Sequence record: PZ445134.1
From: a phage
Strand: one strand, 5' to 3'
DNA length: 64,000 nucleotides
The notes beneath the pieces were generated by a model. That model saw nothing but the letters and a program-made list of their open reading frames with translations, was not told the DNA's origin and did not search any database. Shown in pieces: positions 1-12,718 of the stretch (the stretch's first letter is position 1; every line of letters starts with the position of its first letter). The translations under genes were made by a program, and so were the position numbers.

Positions 1-2317
<2,317 letters not shown>

Positions 2318-2344
2318 AAATAAAGCAAATTAAGAGGAATTAAA

Positions 2345-4327
2345 ATGGCACTTCTCTCTCCGGGCGTTGAGCTCAAAGAAACTACCGTACAGAGTACTGT
2401 AGTTAATAACTCCACTGGTACTGCTGCCCTGGCTGGAAAATTCCAATGGGGACCGGCATTCCAGATTAAACAAATCACTGATGAAGTTGCATTAGTTGAT
2501 ATGTTTGGTACTCCTAATACGGATACAGCAGATTATTTCATGTCTGCTATGAACTTCCTTCAATATGGTAATGACCTTCGTGTTGTACGCGCAGTTGATC
2601 GTGCTACTGCTAAGAACTCATCTCCTGTAGCAGGCAATATTGAATTCACAATCTCTGCTGCTGGTAGTAACTATGCAGTTGGTGATAAAATTATCGTTAA
2701 GTATTTGACCGAAACTGTTGAAGCAGATGGTTATGTCACTTCGGTTGATGTCGATGGTAAAATTCTTAACATTTATATCCCAACCGGTAAAATTATTGCT
2801 CGTGCAAAAGAAATTAATGAATATCCGGCATTGGGTTCTAACTGGACCGCCGAAGTTGCCAGTTCTTCTTCTGGACTTTCTGGCGTTATTACAATTGGTT
2901 CTATCGTAACCGATTCAGGTATTCTGTTAACTGAAGTTGAAACTTCTGAAGAAGCTATTACTTCTCTAACTTTCCAAGAATCTATTAAAAAATATGGTGT
3001 CCCAGGCGTAGTTGCTCTTTATCCTGGTGAACTTGGCGACCAGCTTGAAATCGAAATCGTATCTAAAGCAGACTATGACAAAGGTGCTTCAGCCCAGTTA
3101 AAAATTTATCCTGATGGTGGTACTCGTGCATCTACTGCTAAAGCAGTGTTTGGATATGGCCCACAAACTGATGACCAATATGCAATTATCGTTCGTCGTA
3201 ACGATGCTGTAGTTCAGAGCGTAATTCTTTCTACTAAGCGTGGTGAACGCGATATTTATGGTAGTAATATCTTTATTGATGATTTCTTTGCTAAAGGCGC
3301 AAGCAATTATATTTTCGCTACTGCACAAGGTTGGCCAAAAGGTTTCTCTGGCGTAATCAAACTGAATGGTGGCTTATCATCTAATGAAACGGTTGACGCT
3401 GGTGATTTAATGGAAGCTTGGGATTTGTTTGCCGATCGTGAATCCGTTAATGCGCAGTTGTTTATTGCCGGTTCTTGTGCAGGTGAATCTTTAGAAGTTG
3501 CTTCTACAGTTCAGAAACATGTTGTAGCAATTGGTGATTCTCGTCAAGATTGTTTGGTTCTTTGCTCACCGCCACGTGCAACTATAGTCGGTATTCCTGT
3601 TAATCGTGCAGTTGATAATCTGGTTGATTGGCGTACTGCGTCAGGAACTTACACTGATAATAACTTTAATATAAGTTCTACTTATGCTGCTATTGACGGT
3701 AACTATAAATATCAATATGACAAATATAATGACGTGAATCGTTGGGTTCCATTAGCTGCTGATATTGCTGGTCTTTGTGCTCGCACAGACAATATTTCTC
3801 AGCCTTGGATGTCTCCTGCCGGTTATAACCGTGGACAAATTCTTAACGTTATTAAGCTTGCAATTGAAACTCGCCAACCACAACGTGATCGTTTGTATCA
3901 GGAAGCTATTAACCCTGTTACTGGTACCGGTGGTGATGGGTATGTTCTGTATGGTGATAAAACTGCCACTTCTGTTCCTTCACCGTTTGACCGTATTAAC
4001 GTTCGTCGTTTGTTCAATATGGTTAAAACGAACATTGGTTCAGCATCTAAATATCGCCTGTTTGAATTGAACAACGCATTTACCCGTTCTTCTTTCCGTA
4101 CAGAGACCTCTCAATATCTACAGGGTATTAAAGCTCTTGGTGGTGTATATAACTTTAAAGTTGTTTGTGATACTACCAATAACACCCCAGCAGTTATCGA
4201 CCGTAATGAATTTGTAGCTACTTTCTACTTACAACCTGCCCGCTCGATAAATTATATTACGTTGAACTTTGTAGCAACAGCAACTGGTGCCGATTTCGAC
4301 GAACTAATTGGTACTGTAAGTGGCTAA
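2345..4327 (+). CDS. 18: contractile tail sheath protein
   Basis: 660 aa, MALLSPGVELKETTVQSTVVNNSTGTAALAGKFQWGP, T4 gp18-like over full length. Confidence 0.95.
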   Translation: MALLSPGVELKETTVQSTVVNNSTGTAALAGKFQWGPAFQIKQITDEVALVDMFGTPNTDTADYFMSAMNFLQYGNDLRVVRAVDRATAKNSSPVAGNIEFTISAAGSNYAVGDKIIVKYLTETVEADGYVTSVDVDGKILNIYIPTGKIIARAKEINEYPALGSNWTAEVASSSSGLSGVITIGSIVTDSGILLTEVETSEEAITSLTFQESIKKYGVPGVVALYPGELGDQLEIEIVSKADYDKGASAQLKIYPDGGTRASTAKAVFGYGPQTDDQYAIIVRRNDAVVQSVILSTKRGERDIYGSNIFIDDFFAKGASNYIFATAQGWPKGFSGVIKLNGGLSSNETVDAGDLMEAWDLFADRESVNAQLFIAGSCAGESLEVASTVQKHVVAIGDSRQDCLVLCSPPRATIVGIPVNRAVDNLVDWRTASGTYTDNNFNISSTYAAIDGNYKYQYDKYNDVNRWVPLAADIAGLCARTDNISQPWMSPAGYNRGQILNVIKLAIETRQPQRDRLYQEAINPVTGTGGDGYVLYGDKTATSVPSPFDRINVRRLFNMVKTNIGSASKYRLFELNNAFTRSSFRTETSQYLQGIKALGGVYNFKVVCDTTNNTPAVIDRNEFVATFYLQPARSINYITLNFVATATGADFDELIGTVSG

Positions 4328-4340
4328 TAAGACGCCTGAT

Positions 4341-4358
4341 GGGCTATTTCGGTAGCCC
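4341..4358 (+). terminator. stem-loop downstream of gene 18
   Basis: gggctatttcggtagccc inverted repeat, immediately before the gene 19 late promoter. Confidence 0.4.
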
Positions 4359-4359
4359 A

Positions 4360-4367
4360 TATAAATA
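4360..4367 (+). promoter_or_regulatory. late promoter TATAAATA for gene 19
   Basis: exact TATAAATA. Confidence 0.55.
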
Positions 4368-4439
4368 TACTATATCGTTTAAAAATTAATTCTATGGGCA
4401 TCTGGTTAATCCTAAGCCCATATTACTACAGAGGCTAAT

Positions 4440-4931
4440 ATGTTTGTAGATGACGTAACTCGTGCCTTCGAATCAGGTGATTTCGCTCGCCCTAACCTGT
4501 TTGAAGTAGAAATCTCTTATCTTGGGCAAAACTTTAGCTTCCAGTGTCGTGCTACGGCTCTTCCTGCTGCGATCGTTGAAAAGGTTCCTGTTTCTTATAT
4601 GAACCGTAAAATTAACGTGGCCGGTGACCGTACATTCGATGATTGGACTATTACAGTAATGAACGATGATGCTCATAGCATTCGTCAGAAATTTGTTGAT
4701 TGGCAAGGTATTGCAGCAGGACAAGGTAATGAAATTACCGGTGGTAAACCTGCTGAATATAAAAAGACTGCTATCGTTCGTCAATTTGCTCGTGATGCTA
4801 AAACTGTCACTAAAGAAGTTGAAATTGTTGGCTTGTGGCCTACTAACGTTGGTGAAGTATCTCTTGACTGGGACAGCAATAACGAGATTGAAACATTCGA
4901 AGTAACTCTTGCTCTTGATTGGTGGGAATAA
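4440..4931 (+). CDS. 19: tail tube protein
   Basis: 163 aa, T4 gp19 size and position; preceded by TATAAATA late promoter. Confidence 0.9.
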   Translation: MFVDDVTRAFESGDFARPNLFEVEISYLGQNFSFQCRATALPAAIVEKVPVSYMNRKINVAGDRTFDDWTITVMNDDAHSIRQKFVDWQGIAAGQGNEITGGKPAEYKKTAIVRQFARDAKTVTKEVEIVGLWPTNVGEVSLDWDSNNEIETFEVTLALDWWE

Positions 4932-4979
4932 TCTGGTTGGGGAGAAATCCCCAGCTTCCCGTGATGACGGAGAAGTCCA

Positions 4980-4987
4980 TATAAATA
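4980..4987 (+). promoter_or_regulatory. late promoter TATAAATA for gene 20
   Basis: exact TATAAATA 29 nt upstream of the ATG. Confidence 0.6.
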
Positions 4988-5015
4988 TAACTATAATTCC
5001 CATTCGGAGAATACA

Positions 5016-6587
5016 ATGAAATTTAATATCTTAAGTTTGTTTGCTCCATGGGCAAAAATGGACGAACGTGATTACAAAGACCAAGAAAAAGAAAATTTAG
5101 AATCTATCACCACACCAAAATTAGACGACGGCGCTAAAGAATATGAAGTATCTGAAAATGAAGCACAGCAAACATATAATGCTATGTTTCAGAGAATGTT
5201 CGGTAGCCAAGAACCAGGGCTCAAATCAACGCGTGAATTAATCGATACGTATCGAAATTTGATGACGAACTATGAAGTGGATAATGCAGTCTCTGAAATA
5301 GTTTCCGATGCTATCGTATATGAAGATGATACAGAAGTCGTTTCTATAAATTTAGACAACACAAAATTTAGTCCAAATATCAAATCAATGATGTTGGATG
5401 AATTTAACGAAGTGTTAAATCATTTATCTTTCCAACGTAAAGGTTCAGATCATTTTAGACGTTGGTATGTGGATTCTCGAATTTTCTTCCATAAAATTAT
5501 TGACCCTAAACGCCCTAAAGAAGGTATTAAAGAGCTTCGTCGTTTAGACCCACGTCAAGTTCAATATGTCCGTGAAGTTATTACAACCACTGAAGCCGGT
5601 GTTAAAATAGTCAAGGGTTATAAAGAATATTTCATTTATGACACATCACACGAATCTTATGCTTGTGATGGTCGAATATATGAAGCTGGCACAAAAATAA
5701 AAATCCCTAAAGCCGCGATTGTTTATGCCCATTCTGGTTTAGTTGATTGTTGTGGTAAAAATATCATTGGTTATTTGCATCGGGCTATTAAGCCAGCGAA
5801 CCAATTAAAACTTCTTGAAGATGCCGTCGTAATTTATCGTATTACTCGTGCTCCTGATCGTCGTGTATGGTATGTTGATACAGGTAATATGCCCTCAAGA
5901 AAAGCAGCAGAACATATGCAACATGTTATGAATACGATGAAAAACCGTATTGCATATGATGCTACTACAGGCAAGATTAAAAACCAGCAGCATATTATGT
6001 CGATGACCGAAGATTATTGGTTACAACGACGTGATGGTAAAGCGGTAACAGAAGTTGACACATTACCAGGTGCAGATAATACTGGAAATATGGAAGATGT
6101 ACGTTGGTTCCGTAATGCGCTTTATATGGCTTTACGTATTCCTATTACCCGTATTCCAAGTGACCAGGGTGGTATACAGTTTGATGCTGGTACTTCTATT
6201 ACACGAGATGAATTGACATTTGGTAAATTTATTCGTGAGCTGCAACATAAATTTGAAGAGATATTCCTAGACCCGCTTAAAACTAATTTAATTCTTAAAG
6301 GAATTATTACAGAAGATGAGTGGAATGATGAAATAAATAATATTAAGATAAAATTTCATCGGGATAGTTATTTCTCGGAATTAAAGGATGCTGAGATTCT
6401 GGAGCGTCGCATTAATATGCTTCAGATGGCCGAACCATTTATTGGTAAATATATTTCTCACAGAACAGCTATGAAAGATATTCTTCAGATGTCTGACGAG
6501 GAAATTGAACAAGAGGCTAAGCAAATTGAAGAAGAGTCGAAAGAGGCTCGTTTCCAAGACCCCGACCAAGAACAAGAGGATTTTTAA
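5016..6587 (+). CDS. 20: portal vertex protein
   Basis: 523 aa, T4 gp20 size, position and sequence character; late promoter upstream. Confidence 0.9.
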   Translation: MKFNILSLFAPWAKMDERDYKDQEKENLESITTPKLDDGAKEYEVSENEAQQTYNAMFQRMFGSQEPGLKSTRELIDTYRNLMTNYEVDNAVSEIVSDAIVYEDDTEVVSINLDNTKFSPNIKSMMLDEFNEVLNHLSFQRKGSDHFRRWYVDSRIFFHKIIDPKRPKEGIKELRRLDPRQVQYVREVITTTEAGVKIVKGYKEYFIYDTSHESYACDGRIYEAGTKIKIPKAAIVYAHSGLVDCCGKNIIGYLHRAIKPANQLKLLEDAVVIYRITRAPDRRVWYVDTGNMPSRKAAEHMQHVMNTMKNRIAYDATTGKIKNQQHIMSMTEDYWLQRRDGKAVTEVDTLPGADNTGNMEDVRWFRNALYMALRIPITRIPSDQGGIQFDAGTSITRDELTFGKFIRELQHKFEEIFLDPLKTNLILKGIITEDEWNDEINNIKIKFHRDSYFSELKDAEILERRINMLQMAEPFIGKYISHRTAMKDILQMSDEEIEQEAKQIEEESKEARFQDPDQEQEDF

Positions 6588-6817
6588 TGGACGATTTAAT
6601 TCAAGCTATTAAATCAAACGACCTCGTTGCTACTCGAAAGTTTTTTGAAAGTGCAATGGCAGAAAAAACGGTTCGTTTGATTGAAGCACGCAAAGCAGAA
6701 ATCGCTTCTCAATTTTTGATTGAAGGCGAAGAACCTGAAGAAGAAAAGAAAGCTTCGGAAGACGACGCTGATGAAGGCGATGACGACGAAGACGAAGATG
6801 ATGAGGACGATGAATAA
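6587..6817 (+). CDS. 67: prohead core protein
   Basis: 76 aa with highly acidic C-terminal tail ([12 protein letters not shown]); T4 gp67 position. Confidence 0.75.
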   Translation: MDDLIQAIKSNDLVATRKFFESAMAEKTVRLIEARKAEIASQFLIEGEEPEEEKKASEDDADEGDDDEDEDDEDDE

Positions 6818-7242
6818 TGTATCTTATCCCTGAATCTTATGAATTGGTACTCGAAAATGTCGAAGCACTTATTCCTGAAGCACAGGGCCGAATCGATGCA
6901 TTGTCTTCTGCTCTCGATATTGACGATATAAATACTATTATCGAGAACATGCTTGAAACTGAAACGGATTTAGCTGTTGCAATGGCTTCCATTATTAATG
7001 AAGAACAGTTAAATGAGTTTATCGTTAAACATGTTTCTTCTCGTGGTGAAGTCACTCGCACTAAAGACCGTAAAACTCGTGAACGTAACGCGTTCCAAAC
7101 AACTGGTCTTTCTAAAGCAAAACGTAGACAAATCGCTCGTAAGGTCGTTAAAGCTAAAAAAGCTAACCCTTCAGGCCAAGTTAAAGGCTTGCGTAAGCGT
7201 AAAAAAGCTCTTAAACGTCGTAAAGCATTAGGATTAAGCTAA
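6817..7242 (+). CDS. 68: prohead core protein
   Basis: 141 aa, basic C-terminus; T4 gp68 size and position. Confidence 0.75.
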   Translation: MYLIPESYELVLENVEALIPEAQGRIDALSSALDIDDINTIIENMLETETDLAVAMASIINEEQLNEFIVKHVSSRGEVTRTKDRKTRERNAFQTTGLSKAKRRQIARKVVKAKKANPSGQVKGLRKRKKALKRRKALGLS

Positions 7243-7883
7243 TGAATAAACCCGAGTTACTTATTGAAACTTGGGGTCAACCCGGTGAGATTATTGATGG
7301 CGTTCCAATGTTGGAATCTCATGATGGAAAAGATTCTGGCTTAAAACCAGGGCTTTATATAGAAGGTATTTTTCTTCAGGCAGAGGTTGTTAACCGAAAT
7401 AAACGTTTATATCCTAAACGCGTTTTGGAAAAAGCAGTAAGTGACTATATTAAAGAACAAGTCGAAACCAAACAAGCCCTTGGAGAATTAAACCATCCAC
7501 CTCGTGCAAATGTTGACCCCATGCAAGCCGCTATCATTATTGAAGATATGTGGTGGAAAGGAAACGATGTATATGGACGTGCTAGAATTATTGAAGGCGA
7601 CCATGGTCCCGGCGATAAATTAGCTGCTAATATACGAGCTGGTTGGATTCCAGGTGTTTCCTCTCGTGGTCTTGGTTCTTTAACCGACACCAATAAAGGG
7701 TACCGTATCGTGAACGAAGGATTTAAATTAACCGTCGGCGTAGATGCCGTATGGGGACCTTCTGCTCCAGATGCTTGGGTTACTCCTAAACAAATATCAG
7801 AATCAGAAAATTCGGTGGAAATCACCAAAAACAGTGCTGACGAAGCATTTAAAGCTCTCGCAGAGAGTTTAAAAGCATTATAA
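7242..7883 (+). CDS. 21: prohead core scaffold protein and protease
   Basis: 213 aa, T4 gp21 size and position between 68 and 22. Confidence 0.85.
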   Translation: MNKPELLIETWGQPGEIIDGVPMLESHDGKDSGLKPGLYIEGIFLQAEVVNRNKRLYPKRVLEKAVSDYIKEQVETKQALGELNHPPRANVDPMQAAIIIEDMWWKGNDVYGRARIIEGDHGPGDKLAANIRAGWIPGVSSRGLGSLTDTNKGYRIVNEGFKLTVGVDAVWGPSAPDAWVTPKQISESENSVEITKNSADEAFKALAESLKAL

Positions 7884-7886
7884 ATA
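7879..7886 (+). promoter_or_regulatory. late promoter TATAAATA for gene 22
   Basis: exact TATAAATA 31 nt upstream of the ATG. Confidence 0.6.
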
Positions 7887-7916
7887 ATAATGTAATCTAA
7901 ACCACAGGACACTAAA

Positions 7917-8729
7917 ATGATCAAAGAACAACTTTTGAAAGAAGCTCAGAACATCGAGACTTCAGTTGCTCTTAATAGTGTTTTCGAATCAGTAGAACTG
8001 TCTCCGGACGTTAAAGCTAATTTCAGCACTGTATTCGAAGCCACCGTTAAGCAGGAAGCAGTCAAACTGGCTGAATCTCATATCAAAGCCATCGCCGAAA
8101 AGGCCGAAGAAGAAGTTGAAAAGGCTAAAGAAGATGCTGAAGAGAAAGCTGATAAAAAATTGGCCGAACAAGCTTCTAAATTCCTAGACCATCTTGCAAA
8201 AGAATGGCTCGCAGAAAACCAAATCGCAGTTGATAAAGGCATTAAAGCTGATTTGTTCGAATCCATGCTTGGTGGTCTGAAAGAACTGTTTGTTGAACAT
8301 AACGTTGTTGTTCCAGAAGAATCTGTAGATGTTGTAGCAGAAATGGAAGAAGAGCTGGCCGAACATAAAGAAGAAACCGCTCGTTTGTTCGAAGAAGTTA
8401 CCAAACGTGATGCATATATCAATTACGTTCAGCGTGAAACCGCTATTAATGAAAGCGTAAAAGACCTGACTGAATCTCAGAAAGAAAAAGTTATTGGCCT
8501 GGTTGAAGGTATGGATTATTCTGACACATTTGGTACTAAGTTAACTGCTATTGTAGAAATGGTTAAAGGTTCTACTAAAGAAGAAGCCGCTATTACCGAA
8601 AATATAAATACAGTTGACAATGACGCTGCCGGTCTTAATTTTGTTGCCGAAGCAGTTGACACTACCACAACTCAGGTAGAACAGAATTCTAATGTAAGTT
8701 TATATGCGAAAGTCGCATCTCGTTTCTAA
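7917..8729 (+). CDS. 22: prohead core scaffold protein
   Basis: 270 aa, Glu/Lys-rich coiled-coil-like, T4 gp22 size and position; late promoter upstream. Confidence 0.85.
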   Translation: MIKEQLLKEAQNIETSVALNSVFESVELSPDVKANFSTVFEATVKQEAVKLAESHIKAIAEKAEEEVEKAKEDAEEKADKKLAEQASKFLDHLAKEWLAENQIAVDKGIKADLFESMLGGLKELFVEHNVVVPEESVDVVAEMEEELAEHKEETARLFEEVTKRDAYINYVQRETAINESVKDLTESQKEKVIGLVEGMDYSDTFGTKLTAIVEMVKGSTKEEAAITENINTVDNDAAGLNFVAEAVDTTTTQVEQNSNVSLYAKVASRF

Positions 8730-8746
8730 TTTAAAGGTTAACACAA

Positions 8747-10315
8747 ATGACTACTATCAAAACTAAAGCTCAGCTCGTAGACAAATGGAAAGAACTGCTG
8801 GAAGGTGAAGGCCTGCCGGAAATCGCTAATAGTAAGCAGGCTATTATCGCTAAAATCTTCGAAAACCAGGAAAAAGATTTCGAAGTATCCCCTGAATATA
8901 AAGACGAGAAAATCGCTCAGGCATTTGGTTCTTTCTTGACCGAAGCTGAAATTGGTGGTGACCACGGTTATAATGCTCAGAACATCGCAGCAGGTCAAAC
9001 CTCTGGTGCAGTAACCCAGATTGGGCCGGCAGTTATGGGTATGGTTCGTCGTGCTATTCCTAATCTGATCGCTTTCGATATTTGTGGTGTTCAGCCTATG
9101 AACAGCCCTACCGGTCAGGTATTTGCTCTCCGTGCAGTATATGGTAAAGACCCTATCGCTGCTGACGCTAAAGAAGCTTTCCATCCGATGTATGCTCCAG
9201 ACGCGATGTTCTCTGGTCAGGGTGCTGCTAAGAAATTCCCAGCTCTGGCTGCTAGCACACAAACCGTTGTAGGTGATATCTATACTCACTTCTTCCAGGA
9301 CACTGGTACTGTGTATCTACAAGCTTCCGCTGTAGTAACAATTGATGCTGGCGCTACCGATGCAACTAAACTGGATGCTGAAATTAAGAAACAAATGGAA
9401 GCTGGTGTACTGGTAGAAATCGCTGAAGGTATGGCTACTTCTATCGCTGAACTTCAGGAAGGTTTCAATGGTTCTACCGACAACCCGTGGAACGAAATGG
9501 GCTTCCGTATCGACAAACAAGTTATTGAAGCTAAATCTCGTCAGTTGAAAGCAGCTTACTCCATCGAATTGGCACAAGACCTCCGTGCAGTACACGGTAT
9601 GGATGCTGATGCTGAACTGAGCGGTATTCTTGCTACTGAAATTATGCTGGAAATCAACCGTGAAGTTGTTGACTGGATTAACTACTCCGCTCAGGTTGGT
9701 AAATCTGGTATGACTAATATCGTTGGTTCTAAAGCTGGTGTATTTGACTTCCAGGACCCGATTGATATCCGTGGTGCTCGTTGGGCTGGTGAAAGCTTTA
9801 AAGCTCTGTTGTTCCAGATTGATAAAGAAGCAGTTGAAATTGCTCGTCAAACCGGTCGTGGTGAAGGTAACTTCATTATCGCTTCCCGTAACGTAGTTAA
9901 CGTACTGGCTTCAGTTGATACTGGTATTTCTTACGCTGCACAGGGTCTGGCTTCTGGTTTTAATACCGACACTACTAAGTCTGTATTTGCCGGTGTACTT
10001 GGTGGTAAATACCGCGTATACATCGACCAGTATGCTAAACAGGATTACTTCACCGTTGGTTACAAAGGCGCTAACGAAATGGATGCAGGTATTTACTATG
10101 CTCCTTACGTTGCACTTACCCCACTGCGTGGTTCCGATCCTAAGAACTTCCAGCCGGTAATGGGCTTTAAAACTCGTTACGGTATCGGTGTTAACCCGTT
10201 TGCTGAAAGTTCCCTGCAGGCTCCAGGTGCTCGCATCCAGTCCGGTATGCCGTCTATCCTGAACAGCCTTGGTAAGAACGCTTACTTTAGACGCGTCTAC
10301 GTTAAAGGAATTTAA
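8747..10315 (+). CDS. 23: major capsid protein
   Basis: 522 aa, T4 gp23-like (MTTIKTKAQLVDKWKELLEGEG...), codon usage typical of a highly expressed gene. Confidence 0.95.
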   Translation: MTTIKTKAQLVDKWKELLEGEGLPEIANSKQAIIAKIFENQEKDFEVSPEYKDEKIAQAFGSFLTEAEIGGDHGYNAQNIAAGQTSGAVTQIGPAVMGMVRRAIPNLIAFDICGVQPMNSPTGQVFALRAVYGKDPIAADAKEAFHPMYAPDAMFSGQGAAKKFPALAASTQTVVGDIYTHFFQDTGTVYLQASAVVTIDAGATDATKLDAEIKKQMEAGVLVEIAEGMATSIAELQEGFNGSTDNPWNEMGFRIDKQVIEAKSRQLKAAYSIELAQDLRAVHGMDADAELSGILATEIMLEINREVVDWINYSAQVGKSGMTNIVGSKAGVFDFQDPIDIRGARWAGESFKALLFQIDKEAVEIARQTGRGEGNFIIASRNVVNVLASVDTGISYAAQGLASGFNTDTTKSVFAGVLGGKYRVYIDQYAKQDYFTVGYKGANEMDAGIYYAPYVALTPLRGSDPKNFQPVMGFKTRYGIGVNPFAESSLQAPGARIQSGMPSILNSLGKNAYFRRVYVKGI

Positions 10316-10344
10316 TGCTTTAACGTTAAAATACATAACCTTAT

Positions 10345-10362
10345 GGGAGACTCCGGTCTCCC
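10345..10362 (+). terminator. stem-loop GGGAGAC-UCCG-GUCUCCC followed by U-rich tract, downstream of gene 23
   Basis: perfect 7-bp inverted repeat read in sequence, followed by attcttgttt. Confidence 0.55.
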
Positions 10363-10372
10363 ATTCTTGTTT

Positions 10373-11032
10373 CTATAGCTTAAAACAATCATCGCGTTCA
10401 TTAATCCAATTTCTTATAGTTTTTGCGGATACGTTAAAGAATTCGGCAGCGTAATCGTAGTGGTTAAATTCATGACCTTTAATAGAAATATCCACAAATA
10501 CAAATTTCTTACCTTTATTAGAATTCTTTCTAATTTTTGCTTTATGCTCTTCTGATAGTTTTCTACCTTTAAGATGAGAATCTCTATTTTTATAAAACTT
10601 TTTATTTGCTATAGATTTGTTTTCTCGATGTTCTTTAGATTCTTTAGAACCTAATTTCTTTTTAGATATTTTGGCCCGAACTTCTTCAGTCATACCAGCT
10701 TTTGTCTTTTCGGATAACATCTCACGATACCCAGGTTCCTGTAAAGCTACTATAACAGGATTACCCTTGCCGCCTAAGGCGGCATTATAAGTATCTGTTC
10801 TCATGACAAAAGCCTCGTCAACTAGTTCGGCTTCCTTAGCATACATCTCTTCAGATGTTTCGAAATTGAAAAGGATTTCCTTTTTAAAATTCTCTAAGCC
10901 GTATTTCTTTATGGATTTTACTATGTTAACCCCGGAACCCATATAAGAATCGTTAACATCTGTAGTGGCATGGGCTCCAACATAAATCTTGTTATTAATG
11001 AGATTGGTTATTTTGTAAATTAAATAATTCAT
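10373..11032 (-). CDS. free-standing GIY-YIG homing endonuclease (Seg-like)
   Basis: 219 aa; N-terminal IYKITNLINNKIYVGAH (GIY-YIG) and C-terminal basic NUMOD-like repeats; sits between genes 23 and 24 on the opposite strand. Confidence 0.8.
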   Translation of the reverse strand: MNYLIYKITNLINNKIYVGAHATTDVNDSYMGSGVNIVKSIKKYGLENFKKEILFNFETSEEMYAKEAELVDEAFVMRTDTYNAALGGKGNPVIVALQEPGYREMLSEKTKAGMTEEVRAKISKKKLGSKESKEHRENKSIANKKFYKNRDSHLKGRKLSEEHKAKIRKNSNKGKKFVFVDISIKGHEFNHYDYAAEFFNVSAKTIRNWINERDDCFKL

Positions 11033-11035
11033 ATT

Positions 11036-11302
11036 TTACGCTGTTTTGACACGACGGTTGATGATATCACGGAAGTCAATACGATTTTCTTGGATTTTCA
11101 GCCAGTTACCAGATTTGTCTTTGGTATGGGTAGAGTATTCACCGTTCCACCAGAAGTCGGTAGCATAAGCCATGGCTTCGTATTTCTTAACTAGTGCATT
11201 CACTGCATTACCGTTAGGATTGGAACCATATTTTTCTACCAGGGCTTTGATGTCTTTGTCAAGGTTAGAAAGTGTGGTACGGATAAAGTTTAATTTGTTC
11301 AT
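11036..11302 (-). CDS. hypothetical early protein co-transcribed with the homing endonuclease
   Basis: ORF with GAGGAG Shine-Dalgarno upstream of the ATG at 11302 (the longer track ORF starts at 11317); early promoter upstream. Confidence 0.5.
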   Translation of the reverse strand: MNKLNFIRTTLSNLDKDIKALVEKYGSNPNGNAVNALVKKYEAMAYATDFWWNGEYSTHTKDKSGNWLKIQENRIDFRDIINRRVKTA

Positions 11303-11330
11303 TTTTAATCTCCTCATGTTTTGATAGGTC

Positions 11331-11361
11331 TATAGTAACACAACGCTTTTTGTGTGTAAAC
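11331..11361 (-). promoter_or_regulatory. sigma70-type early promoter (GTTTAC -35, TATAGTA-type -10) for the 11302 ORF and the homing endonuclease
   Basis: + strand ctatagtaaca ... gtaaac matches the motif recurring upstream of other - strand early genes in this window. Confidence 0.45.
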
Positions 11362-11367
11362 CACTTT

Positions 11368-11375
11368 TATAAATA
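11368..11375 (+). promoter_or_regulatory. late promoter TATAAATA for gene 24
   Basis: exact TATAAATA about 30 nt upstream of the gene 24 ATG. Confidence 0.6.
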
Positions 11376-11405
11376 AAATTATATTCTCAATAAGGAAAAA
11401 ATGCA

Positions 11406-12689
11406 ATGAGTAAAATCCAAAAATTATTGCGTGAATCTACAACGTCTACTAGCAACTCAATTGGTCGCCCAAATCTCGTTGCTTTGACTCGCGCTACGAC
11501 TAAATTAATATATTCTGACATTGTAGCAACACAAAGAACTAATCAACCTGTTGCTGCTTTTTATGGTATCAAATATCTTAACCCAGATAACGAATTCACA
11601 TTTAAAACTGGTGCTACTTATGCTGGCGAAGTTGGATATGTAGACCGAGAAAAAATTACTGAGCTCACAGAAGAATCAAAAGTCACACTAAATAAAGGCG
11701 ATTTTTTCAAATATAATAATATCGTCTATAAAGTGTTAGAAGATACACCGTTTGCAGATATTCAAGAAAGTGATCTAGAATTAGCTCTTCAGATTGCAGT
11801 CGTTCATTTAAAGGTACGGTTATTTTCAGATGCAGCGGTAACAAGCAAATTTGAAAGCTCTGGTAGCGAAATTTCTGATGCAAGATTCCAGATTAATAAA
11901 TGGCAAACTTCAGTCAAATCTCGTAAACTTAAAACTGGCCTCACGGTTGAATTAGCGCAAGATTTGGAAGCGAATGGATTTGATGCCCCTAACTTCTTAG
12001 AAGATTTGCTTGCTACTGAAATGGCTGATGAAATTAATAAAGATATTCTTCAGTCTTTAATTACTGTATCGAAACGTTATAAAGTTACTGGAATTACTGA
12101 CACCGGATTTATTGACTTGAGCTATGCATCCGCTCCAGAAGCAGGTCGTTCATTATATCGAATGGTGTGTGAAATGGTATCACACATTCAAAAAGAGACA
12201 ACTTATACTGCAACGTTTTGTGTAGCCTCAGCTCGTGCAGCTGCTATTCTCGCTGCTTCCGGTTGGTTGAAACATAAGCCAGAAGATGACAAGTATCTTT
12301 CACAAAATGCTTATGGATTCTTGGCAAATGGATTACCTCTTTACTGCGATACCAACAGTCCGTTAGATTATGTTATTGTGGGTGTTGTAGAAAATATTGG
12401 CGAAAAAGAAATTGTAGGGTCCATCTTTTATGCTCCATACACTGAAGGAGTAGATTTAGATGACCCAGAACATGTTGGTGCATTTAAAGTTGTAGTTGAT
12501 CCAGAAAGCTTGCAACCGTCTATCGGATTATTGGTTAGATATGCTTTATCAGCAAATCCTTATACAGTAGCAAAAAATGAAAAAGAAGCGAGAATAATTG
12601 ATGGTGGGGACATGGATAAAATGGCAGGACGTTCAGACTTGTCTGTTTTACTCGGTGTTAAATTGCCAAAAATCATCGTTGATGAATAA
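11406..12689 (+). CDS. 24: head vertex protein
   Basis: 427 aa, T4 gp24 size and position; gp23 paralogue. Confidence 0.9.
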   Translation: MSKIQKLLRESTTSTSNSIGRPNLVALTRATTKLIYSDIVATQRTNQPVAAFYGIKYLNPDNEFTFKTGATYAGEVGYVDREKITELTEESKVTLNKGDFFKYNNIVYKVLEDTPFADIQESDLELALQIAVVHLKVRLFSDAAVTSKFESSGSEISDARFQINKWQTSVKSRKLKTGLTVELAQDLEANGFDAPNFLEDLLATEMADEINKDILQSLITVSKRYKVTGITDTGFIDLSYASAPEAGRSLYRMVCEMVSHIQKETTYTATFCVASARAAAILAASGWLKHKPEDDKYLSQNAYGFLANGLPLYCDTNSPLDYVIVGVVENIGEKEIVGSIFYAPYTEGVDLDDPEHVGAFKVVVDPESLQPSIGLLVRYALSANPYTVAKNEKEARIIDGGDMDKMAGRSDLSVLLGVKLPKIIVDE

Positions 12690-12694
12690 AACAA

Positions 12695-12712
12695 AGGGAC
12701 CGTAAGGTCCCT
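12695..12712 (+). terminator. bidirectional stem-loop (AGGGACC-GUAA-GGUCCCU) between convergent genes 24 and rnlB
   Basis: perfect inverted repeat with 4-nt loop, followed by ttttt. Confidence 0.5.
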
Positions 12713-12718
12713 TTTTCG

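Noticed and set aside
4473-5003. 176-aa ORF on the - strand, antisense to gene 19
   Set aside because: Lies entirely within a conserved structural gene with no ribosome-binding site or promoter; long antisense ORFs are expected by chance in this AT-rich genome. The same reasoning applies to antisense ORFs at 187-387, 2233-2478, 3098-3328, 7445-7924, 8078-8422, 9317-9850, 41458-41982, 49447-49926 and 51735-52109.
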